NCBI GenBank assembly: GCA_965216565.1
Contig: OZ244170.1
Coordinates: 64,001-128,000 of the forward strand
From: Bythopirellula sp.
GTDB taxonomy: Bacteria > Planctomycetota > Planctomycetia > Pirellulales > Lacipirellulaceae
Length of the DNA stretch: 64,000 nt
Direction of reading: 5' to 3'
The notes below the pieces were generated by a model, which worked only from the letters and a program-made list of their open reading frames with translations, did not search any database and was not told the DNA's origin. This document shows, one piece after another, positions 1 to 9,753 of this stretch; within the stretch, counting starts at the first letter, position 1; each line of letters begins with the position of its first letter. A program made the translations under genes and the position numbers.

Positions 1-1
1 T

Positions 2-238
2 TGGGGGCAGGCACGGGTGGTAGAAGACGATCCAGAATTGATCGAGACCCTGCGAGATTCTAACTATCCTCAACTTCCGGAACGAGCAATTTTATTCGAC
101 CTGGAAGCTTGGGACGTCAACTGTTCTCAGCACATTCACAGGCGAGTGCTCCGGAAGGTCGCCCTGGCAAAGTTTCAGGAATTACAGGATCGAATCGAGG
201 AGTTGGAAGCGGAACTGGCCAAATACTCAAATCAATAG
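2..238 (+). CDS. C-terminal part of a pyridoxamine 5'-phosphate oxidase-like FMN-binding protein (truncated by window start)
   Basis: Frame is open from the window edge (WGQARVVEDDPELI...ERAILFDLEAWDVNCSQHI); the 'AWDxNCxQHI' motif plus a C-terminal coiled coil is typical of this family. Confidence 0.7.
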   Translation, partial: WGQARVVEDDPELIETLRDSNYPQLPERAILFDLEAWDVNCSQHIHRRVLRKVALAKFQELQDRIEELEAELAKYSNQ

Positions 239-313
239 GTGTCCAGGATCTCGATCGGTTGCTAGAAACTACTGGCAACCCACAATCAGAGACTCTTGAA
301 GGACTCCGCGAGG

Positions 314-1591
314 ATGGATCGAAATTCTCTTTATCTGCCAACCTTGTTTCTAACTCTCATCTCAGCACTGGTGCCGGTGGTGCGACTTGCTGCGAGTGAA
401 GTGGCTGATGAAAGCGAAGTCAACTTAGCCTGGCCGCAATGGCGAGGGCCAAACCGTGATGGTCGTGTTAGCGGTTCTCACTGGCCGAGCAAGCTCAATG
501 ACTCTTCGCTCAAGAAGAATTGGAGCCTGCCTCTGGGGCCCAGCTACTCAGGCCCAATCGTCAGCAAGAATCTGGTGTTCACTACAGAAACTCGCGATGA
601 GAAAGAAGAGGTGGTCTACGCCATTAATCGCGAAACCGGTGAGCAACAGTGGAGCCAGACCTGGCAGGGTGCTATGAAAGTTCCTTTTTTTGCAGCGTCA
701 AACGGGAGCTGGATTCGTTCGACGCCTGCTTACGATGGCGAGCGACTGTACGTGGCTGGAATGCGTGACGTTCTAGTCTGTTTCGACGCCGAAAGTGGTG
801 AGCAGCTCTGGAAAGTCGATTTCGTCAACGAGTTTGATACCCCGCTACCAAAGTTCGGATTCGTCTGTTCGCCTCTGGTAGATCAAGATGCAGCGTACGT
901 ACAAGCGGGAGCGAGTGTCGTGAAGCTAAACAAACGCACTGGCAACGTTTTGTGGCGGGCTGCTGAAGATGGGGGTGGCATGTTTGGTTCTGCTTTTTCG
1001 TCCCCAATAATTGCAACTGTGTCGGGCCAAAGGCAGCTTCTCGCGCAAACGAGGCAAAAGTTGACCGGTATTGATCTAAAGAAAGGCGAAGTGCTGTGGT
1101 CCCAGGAGGTCCCTGCTTTCCGTGGTATGAATATTCTCACGCCGTTGCCTTACCGCGACGGAATATTTACCAGCACATACCAGCGTGGTTCCTGGCTTTA
1201 TCAGGTTTCTTTGGCGGATGGCACATTTCAAGTCTCCGAAGCTTGGACGAGCAATGCTCAGGGCTATATGTCGACGCCCGTCATCGTAAACGATCATGTC
1301 TACATGCATTTGCAAAACGGACGCTTCACATGCATCGACTTGGCCACGGGGGAGAGAATGTGGACTTCGAAACCTTATGGCAAGTATGCCAGTCTCGTGA
1401 CTCAAGATGAACGAATTTTGGCACTTCTCTCGGATGGCCGCCTGTTGTTGCTAAGTGCTAATCCCAAGGAATTTGAGCCTCTGGGTAACGTAACTCTCAC
1501 CGACGCCGAAACTTGGGCTCACCTGGCAATTGACGGGAACATGCTTTTCGTCCGTGAACTTAATGCTCTCTCAGCCTACCGTTGGCAATAG
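314..1591 (+). CDS. Secreted PQQ-like/BamB-family beta-propeller protein
   Basis: Signal peptide, WPQWRGPNRDG motif, repeated 'D.ETGE.LW' propeller blades; ATG 314 preferred to TTG 296. Confidence 0.85.
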   Translation: MDRNSLYLPTLFLTLISALVPVVRLAASEVADESEVNLAWPQWRGPNRDGRVSGSHWPSKLNDSSLKKNWSLPLGPSYSGPIVSKNLVFTTETRDEKEEVVYAINRETGEQQWSQTWQGAMKVPFFAASNGSWIRSTPAYDGERLYVAGMRDVLVCFDAESGEQLWKVDFVNEFDTPLPKFGFVCSPLVDQDAAYVQAGASVVKLNKRTGNVLWRAAEDGGGMFGSAFSSPIIATVSGQRQLLAQTRQKLTGIDLKKGEVLWSQEVPAFRGMNILTPLPYRDGIFTSTYQRGSWLYQVSLADGTFQVSEAWTSNAQGYMSTPVIVNDHVYMHLQNGRFTCIDLATGERMWTSKPYGKYASLVTQDERILALLSDGRLLLLSANPKEFEPLGNVTLTDAETWAHLAIDGNMLFVRELNALSAYRWQ

Positions 1592-1774
1592 TCAGTTCAT
1601 GGTTTTACGCATGAGTGACAAGCGTCAGCTCTCTTCCAAGAGTGTGTCGGAGGATGCGCTGCCGGACTTGGGCTAAGAAAATTCGTTCATTCTTATGAAT
1701 GTTAGGTTTTCAATTACTTGAGCGAAACTAATTAGTATCTGTGTTAACTAATTTCTTTCTAGCGGAGTAGCATC

Positions 1775-2437
1775 ATGAGCTTCAAAAAACCTGTCCTCCA
1801 TCTGCTTCTGGCAACATTCGTCATCTCCATGGTTCCAACAACCTCGGCAGAAGCATTTTTTTTCGATTTTTTCAAAAGAAGAAAGCGAAATCTGCCAACC
1901 ATCGCTGAAGTTGTGATTAATTCGCAGCCGGATGAGTTCTCGACGCTCCTGACGGGCGTGCTCGCTGTGACAGAAGATCCCAACTTGCCTGACTTGGTTG
2001 ATGCCCTTTTCAACGCACCTCTCACGGTGTTTGCTCCTACGGATGCAGCCTTTGCCGAATTGGGACTCGATTCAAGCAACATTGCAACAGCGTTGCCCTT
2101 ACCAGTGCTCTCCGACATCCTGCTCTACCACGTCACACCGGGTAAGAAAGGTGCCATACGACTGTTGATAGAAGGCGAAGCTGAAATGCTCAATGGCGAT
2201 TCGACAGATATCGATCTTTCATTCTGGCCATTCGGAGTTTATGTAAATGATGCCCGCGTAGTCGATGCGAATATTCGTGCCAGAAACGGGTTCGTTCATG
2301 TGATTGATCAAGTGTTGATGCCACCAATGGACGCACCACCTTCGGCAGTTGGAATCTCAAACATTCCTGAGCCCTCCAGCATTGCCCTCAGTCTGAGTTC
2401 ATGCGGATTGCTCCTAGTCCGTCGTCGTCGTCAATAA
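1775..2437 (+). CDS. Fasciclin (FAS1) domain protein with PEP-CTERM sorting signal
   Basis: LTVFAPTDAAF, ILLYHV and NGFVHVIDQVL FAS1 motifs; ends IPEPSS-hydrophobic-RRRR. Confidence 0.9.
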   Translation: MSFKKPVLHLLLATFVISMVPTTSAEAFFFDFFKRRKRNLPTIAEVVINSQPDEFSTLLTGVLAVTEDPNLPDLVDALFNAPLTVFAPTDAAFAELGLDSSNIATALPLPVLSDILLYHVTPGKKGAIRLLIEGEAEMLNGDSTDIDLSFWPFGVYVNDARVVDANIRARNGFVHVIDQVLMPPMDAPPSAVGISNIPEPSSIALSLSSCGLLLVRRRRQ

Positions 2438-2461
2438 CAGCCGACTTCTTAGACCAAAGAG

Positions 2462-2495
2462 AACCCTGGTCGCCCAACGCGACCAGGGTTTTTTT
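2462..2495 (+). terminator. Rho-independent terminator
   Basis: aaccctggtcgc / gcgaccagggtt 12-bp stem followed by a T-tract, between convergent genes. Confidence 0.85.
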
Positions 2496-2519
2496 GTATT
2501 TCACGCGGAGCATAGCTGC

Positions 2520-3008
2520 TTAGTAGCGGCTACCGCTTTTGCGAAGGTGGACCATCGGGGCGACGTCGCTGTTGACCTTACCGCGTACGACTCTTGCGAC
2601 GAAGATTCGGTGATCTCCGGAGTCGACATGTCCAGTTGGCTCGCATTCCAGGTGACCACAGCATTCCTCCAGGATGGGAACGCCGCGGGGACAATGGCTA
2701 ATCTTGAGTCCCTCGAAGGCGGGTTCATCGGGCGCGAACCCTTTGCCAAAGTGTTTGAGCATGTTGTTCTGCATCTCGGCCACGACATTCAGAACGAATG
2801 GCTCACCGGCGGTTAACCAATCGCACACGTAGCGATCTAGTTTTACGGCCACGGTAACAGAGGGTGGTTCGAAACCGGCCTGCATCACCCAACTAGCGAG
2901 CATGCCGGTAGATCTCTCGGCTGTGCCTGCTGTGAGGATGAATATTCCGCTGGTGACCCTGCCAAGGGCTCCGTCGAGGTCATTGCTGCTCATTGTGTTT
3001 GCTTTCAT
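2520..3008 (-). CDS. Flavin reductase family protein
   Basis: GMLASWVMQAGFEPP and GDHRIFVARV motifs. Confidence 0.9.
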   Translation of the reverse strand: MKANTMSSNDLDGALGRVTSGIFILTAGTAERSTGMLASWVMQAGFEPPSVTVAVKLDRYVCDWLTAGEPFVLNVVAEMQNNMLKHFGKGFAPDEPAFEGLKISHCPRGVPILEECCGHLECEPTGHVDSGDHRIFVARVVRGKVNSDVAPMVHLRKSGSRY

Positions 3009-3013
3009 TGCAT

Positions 3014-3035
3014 CCCCGGGCAGAGCCCGGGGCTA
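3014..3035. repeat. Short GC-rich palindrome (REP-like)
   Basis: ccccggg-cagag-cccgggg-cta in a short intergenic gap. Confidence 0.5.
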
Positions 3036-3060
3036 TTAATGTGTTCAGCTAAAATTGTGT

Positions 3061-3369
3061 TCAACGTTTGACTTGTCGTCCGAGTTTCTGCTCGACGCTG
3101 TCGACCTTGGCCGCGAGGCGCCCTTGCTGACCGTGACGATAGTCGAGCTTGGCGGTACATGTGACGCGACCGGAGTGTGTAGCCATTTTTTCGATGCATT
3201 GCTGCATCAGCGTCAAGACTTCAGACAACTCTCCCTCAACGACCGTACCCATGGCGTGGAGGCGATAGTCGAGTCCGCTTTGGTCGACCAAGTCGACGCA
3301 TTCGGTGACGTACTGGCTGACGCTCTCGCCCTTGCCCATTGGTACGATGCTCATCTCTAGCAATACCAT
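3061..3369 (-). CDS. MTH1187/YkoF-like thiamine-binding protein
   Basis: SIVPMGKGESVSQYV...YRLHAMGTVVEGE...KVDSVEQKL pattern. Confidence 0.9.
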   Translation of the reverse strand: MVLLEMSIVPMGKGESVSQYVTECVDLVDQSGLDYRLHAMGTVVEGELSEVLTLMQQCIEKMATHSGRVTCTAKLDYRHGQQGRLAAKVDSVEQKLGRQVKR

Positions 3370-3475
3370 GATTTGAGCTTCGCAATGTAAGGTTTAAGTT
3401 GGCAGAACACCGATGTTTTCTCATTCTACAAGGCCTTGAGCCGGTGTCGACCACTATTGCTAGCACATGTACTTT

Positions 3476-3491
3476 AGTGAGCTAACTCACG
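3476..3491. promoter_or_regulatory. CRP/FNR-like box (AGTGA-N6-TCACG)
   Basis: GTGA-N6-TCAC core in a divergent intergenic region. Confidence 0.35.
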
Positions 3492-3616
3492 AAAAAAACG
3501 CGCATTCGCAAGATGATCGACCTTCATACGAAATCCAGAATCAAATACCCTACGTCGCCCTGCGGAACTGTCTTTCAAAGCTGAAACTCGCGCAATCGTA
3601 ATCGTTGCGACTCACC

Positions 3617-4678
3617 ATGCTACCTGTACGCCTAACCTTTGGATTGCTACTGCTCTGTCACTGGCTGCCCGCGTCTGGGTTGGCTCAGCAGGCTCCTATT
3701 TGGCAACCGTATCGGGCTGAGGAGGTTCAACCGCCGATCGTTGGCCAGATCGCATCCGACTTGCCAGGGCTCCCCATTGATGCTCTTACCGATCCTGAAC
3801 TTGAGGTAATGTGTGGGAGTTGCTCGACGTCGTGTCCGCCACACTATGCGGCGCCTGTGTATGTGAACGCTCCCTATGGCGATCCCGTCCTGGCACCGTT
3901 AGCGGATGCAGAAACATGGCAGTGGCATGTGTTGCCGAGCGACTTGCTTTGGCATTCCTACTTGGCTGGAGCCAAGGAGTCTCGCATTTCAGGGACCTGG
4001 TTTGGAGAAACTAACAGCGACGCCGGATTACTCGATGTCAGCCTGGGCGGTCGGTCCTCGGTCTTGCGCTACGGCACCTATCGTGAAGGCCAATCGGAGG
4101 GATGGGAATTGCAGCTCGAAGGAGCCGCCATTTTGCGATTGAATTTGGACCACAACTGGGACTTTGATCTTTCGGACTTTCGCTTTGGAGTGCCGATCAT
4201 TTACTCACGCGGAAATTCGCAATGGAAGTTTTCCTACTACCACCTCAGTTCGCACTTAGGGGACGAGTTAGCTATCCGAGAAGGCAATCTAGCTAGCCGC
4301 ATCAACTATAGCCGCGACGTCTTGGTGCTGGGCTATTCGTTGTTCCCCGTCGAAGCATTGCGGTTGTATGCCGAGATCGGTTACGCGTTTTATAACGATG
4401 GTGGTTCTGAGCCCTGGGAGTTTCAGTTTGGTTTCGATTACTCTCAGCCTGGGCCAACTGGTGCCATTGGAACGCCGTTTGTTGCCGTCAATGGCCACCT
4501 CCGCGAAGAAGTCGACTTCGGCGGCAACTTCTCGACCCAAGCGGGTTGGCTTTGGCGTGGAAAGAGCGGCAAGGTATTACGCACAGGCCTTCACTATTAC
4601 AACGGCAAGAGCCCCCAGTTTCAAACCTTTGACGAGTTTGAACAGCACATTGGCGTTGGGCTGTGGCACGACTTCTAA
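3617..4678 (+). CDS. DUF1207-like secreted/outer-membrane protein
   Basis: Signal peptide, YYHLSSHLGDE motif, aromatic beta-strand pattern, C-terminal Phe. Confidence 0.75.
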   Translation: MLPVRLTFGLLLLCHWLPASGLAQQAPIWQPYRAEEVQPPIVGQIASDLPGLPIDALTDPELEVMCGSCSTSCPPHYAAPVYVNAPYGDPVLAPLADAETWQWHVLPSDLLWHSYLAGAKESRISGTWFGETNSDAGLLDVSLGGRSSVLRYGTYREGQSEGWELQLEGAAILRLNLDHNWDFDLSDFRFGVPIIYSRGNSQWKFSYYHLSSHLGDELAIREGNLASRINYSRDVLVLGYSLFPVEALRLYAEIGYAFYNDGGSEPWEFQFGFDYSQPGPTGAIGTPFVAVNGHLREEVDFGGNFSTQAGWLWRGKSGKVLRTGLHYYNGKSPQFQTFDEFEQHIGVGLWHDF

Positions 4679-4757
4679 GCGGGCCCGCTTTTCGTGGAAC
4701 AAACCCCAAGCGTCGCCACGGCTAGGCACACTGGCGGCAACACTTTAGAATGCCTAA

Positions 4758-5444
4758 ATGAGACAAAGTCTAGCTGACTACAAGGTGTTCTGGCGGGAAT
4801 TCCGCGAAACATTTCACACCACTGGCTCGGTCATCCCGAGCGGTCCGTCGCTGGCGCGTGCCTTAGCAAGCGAGGTAAAACCTGGCACCAAGCCGAGCAA
4901 GATTCTCGAGGCTGGCCCAGGGACAGGTGCCGTGACCGCGTGCCTTGTCGAGAAGCTTGGACCAGAGGATCAACTCGACCTGGTTGAGCTTAATGAGCGT
5001 TTTGTCGAGGTACTCCAGCAGCGGTTCGAAACCGATCCGAAGTGGAACCGTGTTGCCAATCAGGTTCGCATCTTAAATATTCCGCTGCAGGAACTTCCCG
5101 GTACGGCAGAGTACGACCGCATTGTTTCTGGCTTGCCTTTGAGCAACTTTTCGTGTGAGCTCGTGGAAGAGTTGTTTCAACATTACCATCGCGTCGCTGC
5201 CCCGCGGGCGATGCTGAGTTTCTTTGAGTACATCGCGGTTCGCAAAGTAAAAGCTCTATGGAGTAGTCGACCTGAACGACTAAGACTTTCGGGCATCGAT
5301 CGTATCTTCCACCGGGAATTTTCTTCCTGGGAAATCTCTAAGCAATGTATTTTGCCAAACGTGTCGCCTGCTTGGGTGCATCATCTGCAGATGCCCGGAG
5401 GAGTTTCTCAACCTGAACCTGAGCTTTTGGTTGCGGCGACATGA
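4758..5444 (+). CDS. PmtA-like class I SAM-dependent lipid N-methyltransferase
   Basis: TGSVIPSGPSLARA, ILEAGPGTGAVT and IVSGLPL motifs; stop overlaps tsaD start (ATGA). Confidence 0.8.
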   Translation: MRQSLADYKVFWREFRETFHTTGSVIPSGPSLARALASEVKPGTKPSKILEAGPGTGAVTACLVEKLGPEDQLDLVELNERFVEVLQQRFETDPKWNRVANQVRILNIPLQELPGTAEYDRIVSGLPLSNFSCELVEELFQHYHRVAAPRAMLSFFEYIAVRKVKALWSSRPERLRLSGIDRIFHREFSSWEISKQCILPNVSPAWVHHLQMPGGVSQPEPELLVAAT

Positions 5445-6466
5445 CACGGATTTTGACTATTGAAACCACCTGCGATGAGACGGCCGCAGCGGTAGTGACC
5501 GATGAGCTGAAGGTGCTGGGTGCTGTGGTTGCGTCGCAGCATGATCTGCATCAACGGTTCGGGGGCGTTGTGCCCGAAATTGCCAGTCGGGCCCATGTTG
5601 AACGCATGTTGCCGGTACTGGAAGAAACGCTCCGCGAAGCAGGTGTGGAACTGCGAGAACTAGACGCAATTGCCGTTGCCAATCGACCGGGGTTGGCAGG
5701 ATCTTTGTTGATCGGGTTGATGGCAGCCAAGGCGCTTTGCCTCGTGCATGACTTACCGCTGATCGCCGTCGATCACTTGCAGGCCCATATCTATGCCTGC
5801 AAAATTGCGAGCGGCAAAGAAGTGTTTCCCTGCATCGGTTTGATCGTAAGTGGGGGGCATTCGAATCTGTACCGCTGCAAGTCTCCATTAGATTTTACGC
5901 CGCTCGGAGGGACGATCGACGATGCTGCCGGTGAAGCGTTTGACAAGGTAGCCAGTATGTTGGGTCTGCCTTATCCTGGTGGACCATCCATTCAAGAGGC
6001 ATCTGAATCGGGCGATCCCCGGCGATTCCAATTGCCCAGACCATTGCTGGACGACAATTCGCGATTGGCGTTTAGCTTCAGTGGTCTGAAGACAGCCGTC
6101 CGATATCAACTCTTCGGCACGGGTCGACCTCAGATGGGTGCCGCCGCGAATCTCGATTCACAGCTCGTTGCTGATATGGCGGCAAGCTTCCAAGCTGCGG
6201 TGATAGATTGTCTTGTGGGAAAGGCGATGCTCGCGCTAGATCAAACGGGCTTCACGCGATTGTGCGTCGGCGGGGGCGTAGCAGCTAACCAACCGTTTCG
6301 CCAAGCATTGGAACAAAAAGCTGCGGAACATGAAATCGAATTGTATATTCCGCCTCTGTCTCTTTGCACAGATAATGCCGTGATGGGGGCGATTGCCTTT
6401 GAACGCTATAAGGCAGGCCTATTTGAATCGCTCGACCTGGATATATCTGCCGGACTGGTTCGCTAG
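5441..6466 (+). CDS. tsaD: tRNA N6-threonylcarbamoyltransferase TsaD
   Basis: IETTCDETAAA, GGVVPEIASRAH, HLQAH, DDAAGEAFDK, FSFSGLKT, CTDNAVM. Confidence 0.97.
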   Translation: MTRILTIETTCDETAAAVVTDELKVLGAVVASQHDLHQRFGGVVPEIASRAHVERMLPVLEETLREAGVELRELDAIAVANRPGLAGSLLIGLMAAKALCLVHDLPLIAVDHLQAHIYACKIASGKEVFPCIGLIVSGGHSNLYRCKSPLDFTPLGGTIDDAAGEAFDKVASMLGLPYPGGPSIQEASESGDPRRFQLPRPLLDDNSRLAFSFSGLKTAVRYQLFGTGRPQMGAAANLDSQLVADMAASFQAAVIDCLVGKAMLALDQTGFTRLCVGGGVAANQPFRQALEQKAAEHEIELYIPPLSLCTDNAVMGAIAFERYKAGLFESLDLDISAGLVR

Positions 6467-6493
6467 GAGAGCGGACTTGCGATAGATCATCAC

Positions 6494-7150
6494 TCAAGAA
6501 CGTAGCGCGCGAGCTTCCGCCAGGCAATCATTCAGTATCTCGGTAACCCTCGGCTCAAACTCTTTCGCGTCCCACGCTCCGTACTCCTCGTGAGAAATAG
6601 GCTCGCCGAATGCGATAGCGAGCCGTCCGGGACGTGGCAGAAGACGGCTTTTCGGCCAGGCTTGGTAGGAACCTTCAATTGCCATTGGCAGTATCGTTGG
6701 GTTCTTTTTCCGCGTGAGCATTTGAAAACCCGATTGTAGTTCAGCAATTTCTCCGTCGTCGGTACGAGTGCCTTCTGGGAAAATAAGCATGGCCGTGCCA
6801 TTGTCTAAATGCTTGAAGGTGGCTTTCAACGATGCCCTCGTCGAGCCAGCGCTGCCAACGGGGATAGCCCCCAGCGAGCGGATCATCCAACTCAACGGCC
6901 AAAAGAATAGCGACTCGCGGGCGAGTGCTCGGAGCCGTCGGGGCGATGCGGCGGCAATTGCCAGCGGATCGAGATGGCTTTGATGATTGGAGAGGACAAG
7001 CAATGGTCCCGCGGGCGGAATGTTCTCTTTACCTGAAACTTTTAAGGCAAAAATGGTTGAGAAGACCACCCGGCAGATGGTACGCACGAAGTGGTACCAC
7101 AAGTTCATTTGCTCAGTCGGTGGAGATGGTTCGGGATTGCTGTTTTGCAT
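6494..7150 (-). CDS. plsC: 1-acyl-sn-glycerol-3-phosphate acyltransferase
   Basis: NHQSHLD and FPEGTR motifs; start placed at ATG 7150 just after the cmk stop. Confidence 0.88.
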   Translation of the reverse strand: MQNSNPEPSPPTEQMNLWYHFVRTICRVVFSTIFALKVSGKENIPPAGPLLVLSNHQSHLDPLAIAAASPRRLRALARESLFFWPLSWMIRSLGAIPVGSAGSTRASLKATFKHLDNGTAMLIFPEGTRTDDGEIAELQSGFQMLTRKKNPTILPMAIEGSYQAWPKSRLLPRPGRLAIAFGEPISHEEYGAWDAKEFEPRVTEILNDCLAEARALRS

Positions 7151-7155
7151 CGCTA

Positions 7156-7812
7156 CTAGTTCGCCGACATCTTCGCATGGACAATCTGTTCCAAACAATC
7201 AACTACTTCATCTGGCGACATCCCATCGGTGGTAACGACGATTGAATCCTCGGCTTGCTTCAGTCCGCCTTGTTTCCGTTCCAAGTCGCCCAGGTCGCGT
7301 TGTTGCTGCTTGGCAAGAACCTCACCTAGTGTGATCTGCTCACCACGGGCGAGAAGGTCCTGATGACGACGCTCGGCTCGCACTTCCTCGCTAGCCGTCA
7401 GATAAATCTTGCAATCGGCGTCGGGAAAGACAACAGTTGCCTGGTCGCGGCCCTCGGTTACCACGTCGTTGCCGGCGGCGAATTCGCGCTGCAGGTCGCA
7501 GAGCAGCTCTCGTACCAGGAGGTTATCGGCGGCGTGGCGTGTCAGTGTGGTGATCTCGAAAGTCCGAATGGCGTCGGTGACATCTTGGTCGTCTAGATAG
7601 ACGCGATCGTCGGTGAGCCGAATTTCGATCTTCGCAGCCAACAGAGCCAGGGCAGCCTCGTCTTCGAATTGGATTCCTTCGCGCAACGCAGCCAGCGTCA
7701 CTGTTCGGTACATGGCTCCGGTATCGAGAAAACGAAAGTTCAGTCGCTTGGCAAGTGTCCGCGCTGCACTGCTTTTTCCAGATCCGGCAGGTCCATCGAT
7801 GGTGACGATCAT
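7156..7812 (-). CDS. cmk: Cytidylate kinase
   Basis: IDGPAGSGKSS, LDTGAMYR, EGRD, TVVFPDA. Confidence 0.97.
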   Translation of the reverse strand: MIVTIDGPAGSGKSSAARTLAKRLNFRFLDTGAMYRTVTLAALREGIQFEDEAALALLAAKIEIRLTDDRVYLDDQDVTDAIRTFEITTLTRHAADNLLVRELLCDLQREFAAGNDVVTEGRDQATVVFPDADCKIYLTASEEVRAERRHQDLLARGEQITLGEVLAKQQQRDLGDLERKQGGLKQAEDSIVVTTDGMSPDEVVDCLEQIVHAKMSAN

Positions 7813-7965
7813 ATGTGAAGTTGTGGATGGGGAGATGGAATGGGCAAGCTGCTGCAGACAGTCCTCGGCTGATGGGTGCTTTAATATCGATGGTCAGCGG
7901 CTCCAACGCAACCGATCCCAGCTATAATGAGAAGCTTCTGATAGACGAAATCTGCACCGGCGATC

Positions 7966-9357
7966 ATGAGCACACAAGACACGCAGACGGTTAGGCAAGT
8001 AAACACAAGCTGGGGATTGCGCCTCATTCTGCTGGTTGTGGTTGGGATCTCGGGGGCTTTGATTAGTCACAATTGGGAATCAAGCACTGTTTTCAACGAG
8101 AATCTTGACTTGCTGGCCCACGAGCGCGAAAACGTCTTCATCGACCAGCAAGCAAACACTAGTATCCGTTCGGCGGCTGGTTATCTTTTGCTCGGCTTCA
8201 CCGGAATCTATTGTTTGGTTGGTTCCAGATGGAACAGCCTTCGATGGCTCCACCCTTTGAGCTTTCTTTTTCTGGCATTCGTAGCCTGGGCCGCGCTCAG
8301 TTTACTGTGGTCCGATACGCCTGAATTATCTTTTCGCAAGATGAGTATCTTGGCACTCGTTTCGCTGGCTGCCTATGGAATCGCTTCGCGTATTTCACTT
8401 TTGGAGATCATGTGGCTCACGGCGGCCTACTTTGGAATTGCATTGCTACTAGGGATTGTATCCGAGGTTACCCAAGGAGTTTTTCGGCCCTGGTTGACCG
8501 GCTACCGACTTGTAGGTACGCAGCACCCAAACACAATTGGCATGAATGCGAGTATCCTCTGCCTAGCTGCGGGATTATTGGCTTGGCAGGCTCGGTACTC
8601 GCGCTGGCTGCTTGCATTGGTATTTGTTTTTGGATTTTTCGTGCTATTACTTTCCAAGTCGCGAACTTCCTTGGCGGCGTTTCTTGCCTCGGCACTAGTC
8701 GTAGTGCTACTAAAAACTCCGGCACAGTTCCGCTTAATGATTGGCTCACTGGCTGTGGGATTCGTGTGCATCGCTGGCATCGCTTCAAATTTTGCCAATA
8801 CGCAAGACATTGGCGAAGTAACTGCCGCAGCTTCTCTCGGAAGAAGTGATAATATCGGATCACTTACGGGGCGTTTGCCTTTGTGGAACGAAATGCTGAA
8901 GTTTGCCGATGACCATCCATTGCTTGGTTTCGGATATGGAAGTTTCTGGAGTGCTAAGCGTATTGATGATTTTTCGGAGAAGTTGCTCTGGGAGATTCCG
9001 AATGGGCACAATGCCTATCTCGACTTGCTCTTGAATCTTGGCATTGTCGGACTGAGTTTGTATGCCGCTTGGCTACTTGTTATGGCTATTACCGGAACGC
9101 AGCGATTCCTTCGCGATGGCGGGAACGGTGAATTGTTCGCTGTCGGTTTGGCGGTGTTCCTGATGATTCATGCTTTGGCCGAATCGTTGATCCTCGCTCA
9201 GGGGATCCCTTCGCTCTTGTTGCTTACGTGTTCAGCCCGGCTGGCCCTGTATCCCTCGGAACAAAGAGCGTTGGTAGGCCCAGATTTAATCCGACCCAAC
9301 AGTAAGTCGAGCGAAGCGGCTTCCCCGAGTGCGGCTGTTGACAATCTTGTTACATAA
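7966..9357 (+). CDS. O-antigen ligase/Wzy_C family membrane protein
   Basis: Multiple TM helices; HPN, SKSRT, LTGRLPLW, PLLGFGYGSFW and HNAYL motifs. Confidence 0.88.
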   Translation: MSTQDTQTVRQVNTSWGLRLILLVVVGISGALISHNWESSTVFNENLDLLAHERENVFIDQQANTSIRSAAGYLLLGFTGIYCLVGSRWNSLRWLHPLSFLFLAFVAWAALSLLWSDTPELSFRKMSILALVSLAAYGIASRISLLEIMWLTAAYFGIALLLGIVSEVTQGVFRPWLTGYRLVGTQHPNTIGMNASILCLAAGLLAWQARYSRWLLALVFVFGFFVLLLSKSRTSLAAFLASALVVVLLKTPAQFRLMIGSLAVGFVCIAGIASNFANTQDIGEVTAAASLGRSDNIGSLTGRLPLWNEMLKFADDHPLLGFGYGSFWSAKRIDDFSEKLLWEIPNGHNAYLDLLLNLGIVGLSLYAAWLLVMAITGTQRFLRDGGNGELFAVGLAVFLMIHALAESLILAQGIPSLLLLTCSARLALYPSEQRALVGPDLIRPNSKSSEAASPSAAVDNLVT

Positions 9358-9753
9358 CCTCTGCACCAACGCTTTTTAGCGGGATTTGAGGCTTTTCTGC
9401 CCGGGCTTTGTCTTACGGAACGTCAGCTAAAGTTCTGGTCAGCCTGAAATTCTCGATTAGAATAGTTCATGTGGGGGGCTCCTCGGGTCTTAGGTTGGGT
9501 TGGCTTATGCTACTCCAGCTCCAACAGTCTTGGGGCAGCTTCTTGACGCTGTGGAAAGATTGCCTTCAGTGCGGTTTCCCGATAAATTTATGTAGAGGCA
9601 AAAGGCTTATCGTCTGTGTTGTGTGCCATAGTCTATTGAGGTTGGAACACCCTCTTGTGACTCACCCTTCACTAGTCGGAAGTTTATTGAATTTGGAACA
9701 TCACCTTCGCCCTTGGGTTTCGATGGGCATTAGGTGGAACAGAGGACTCTTCG

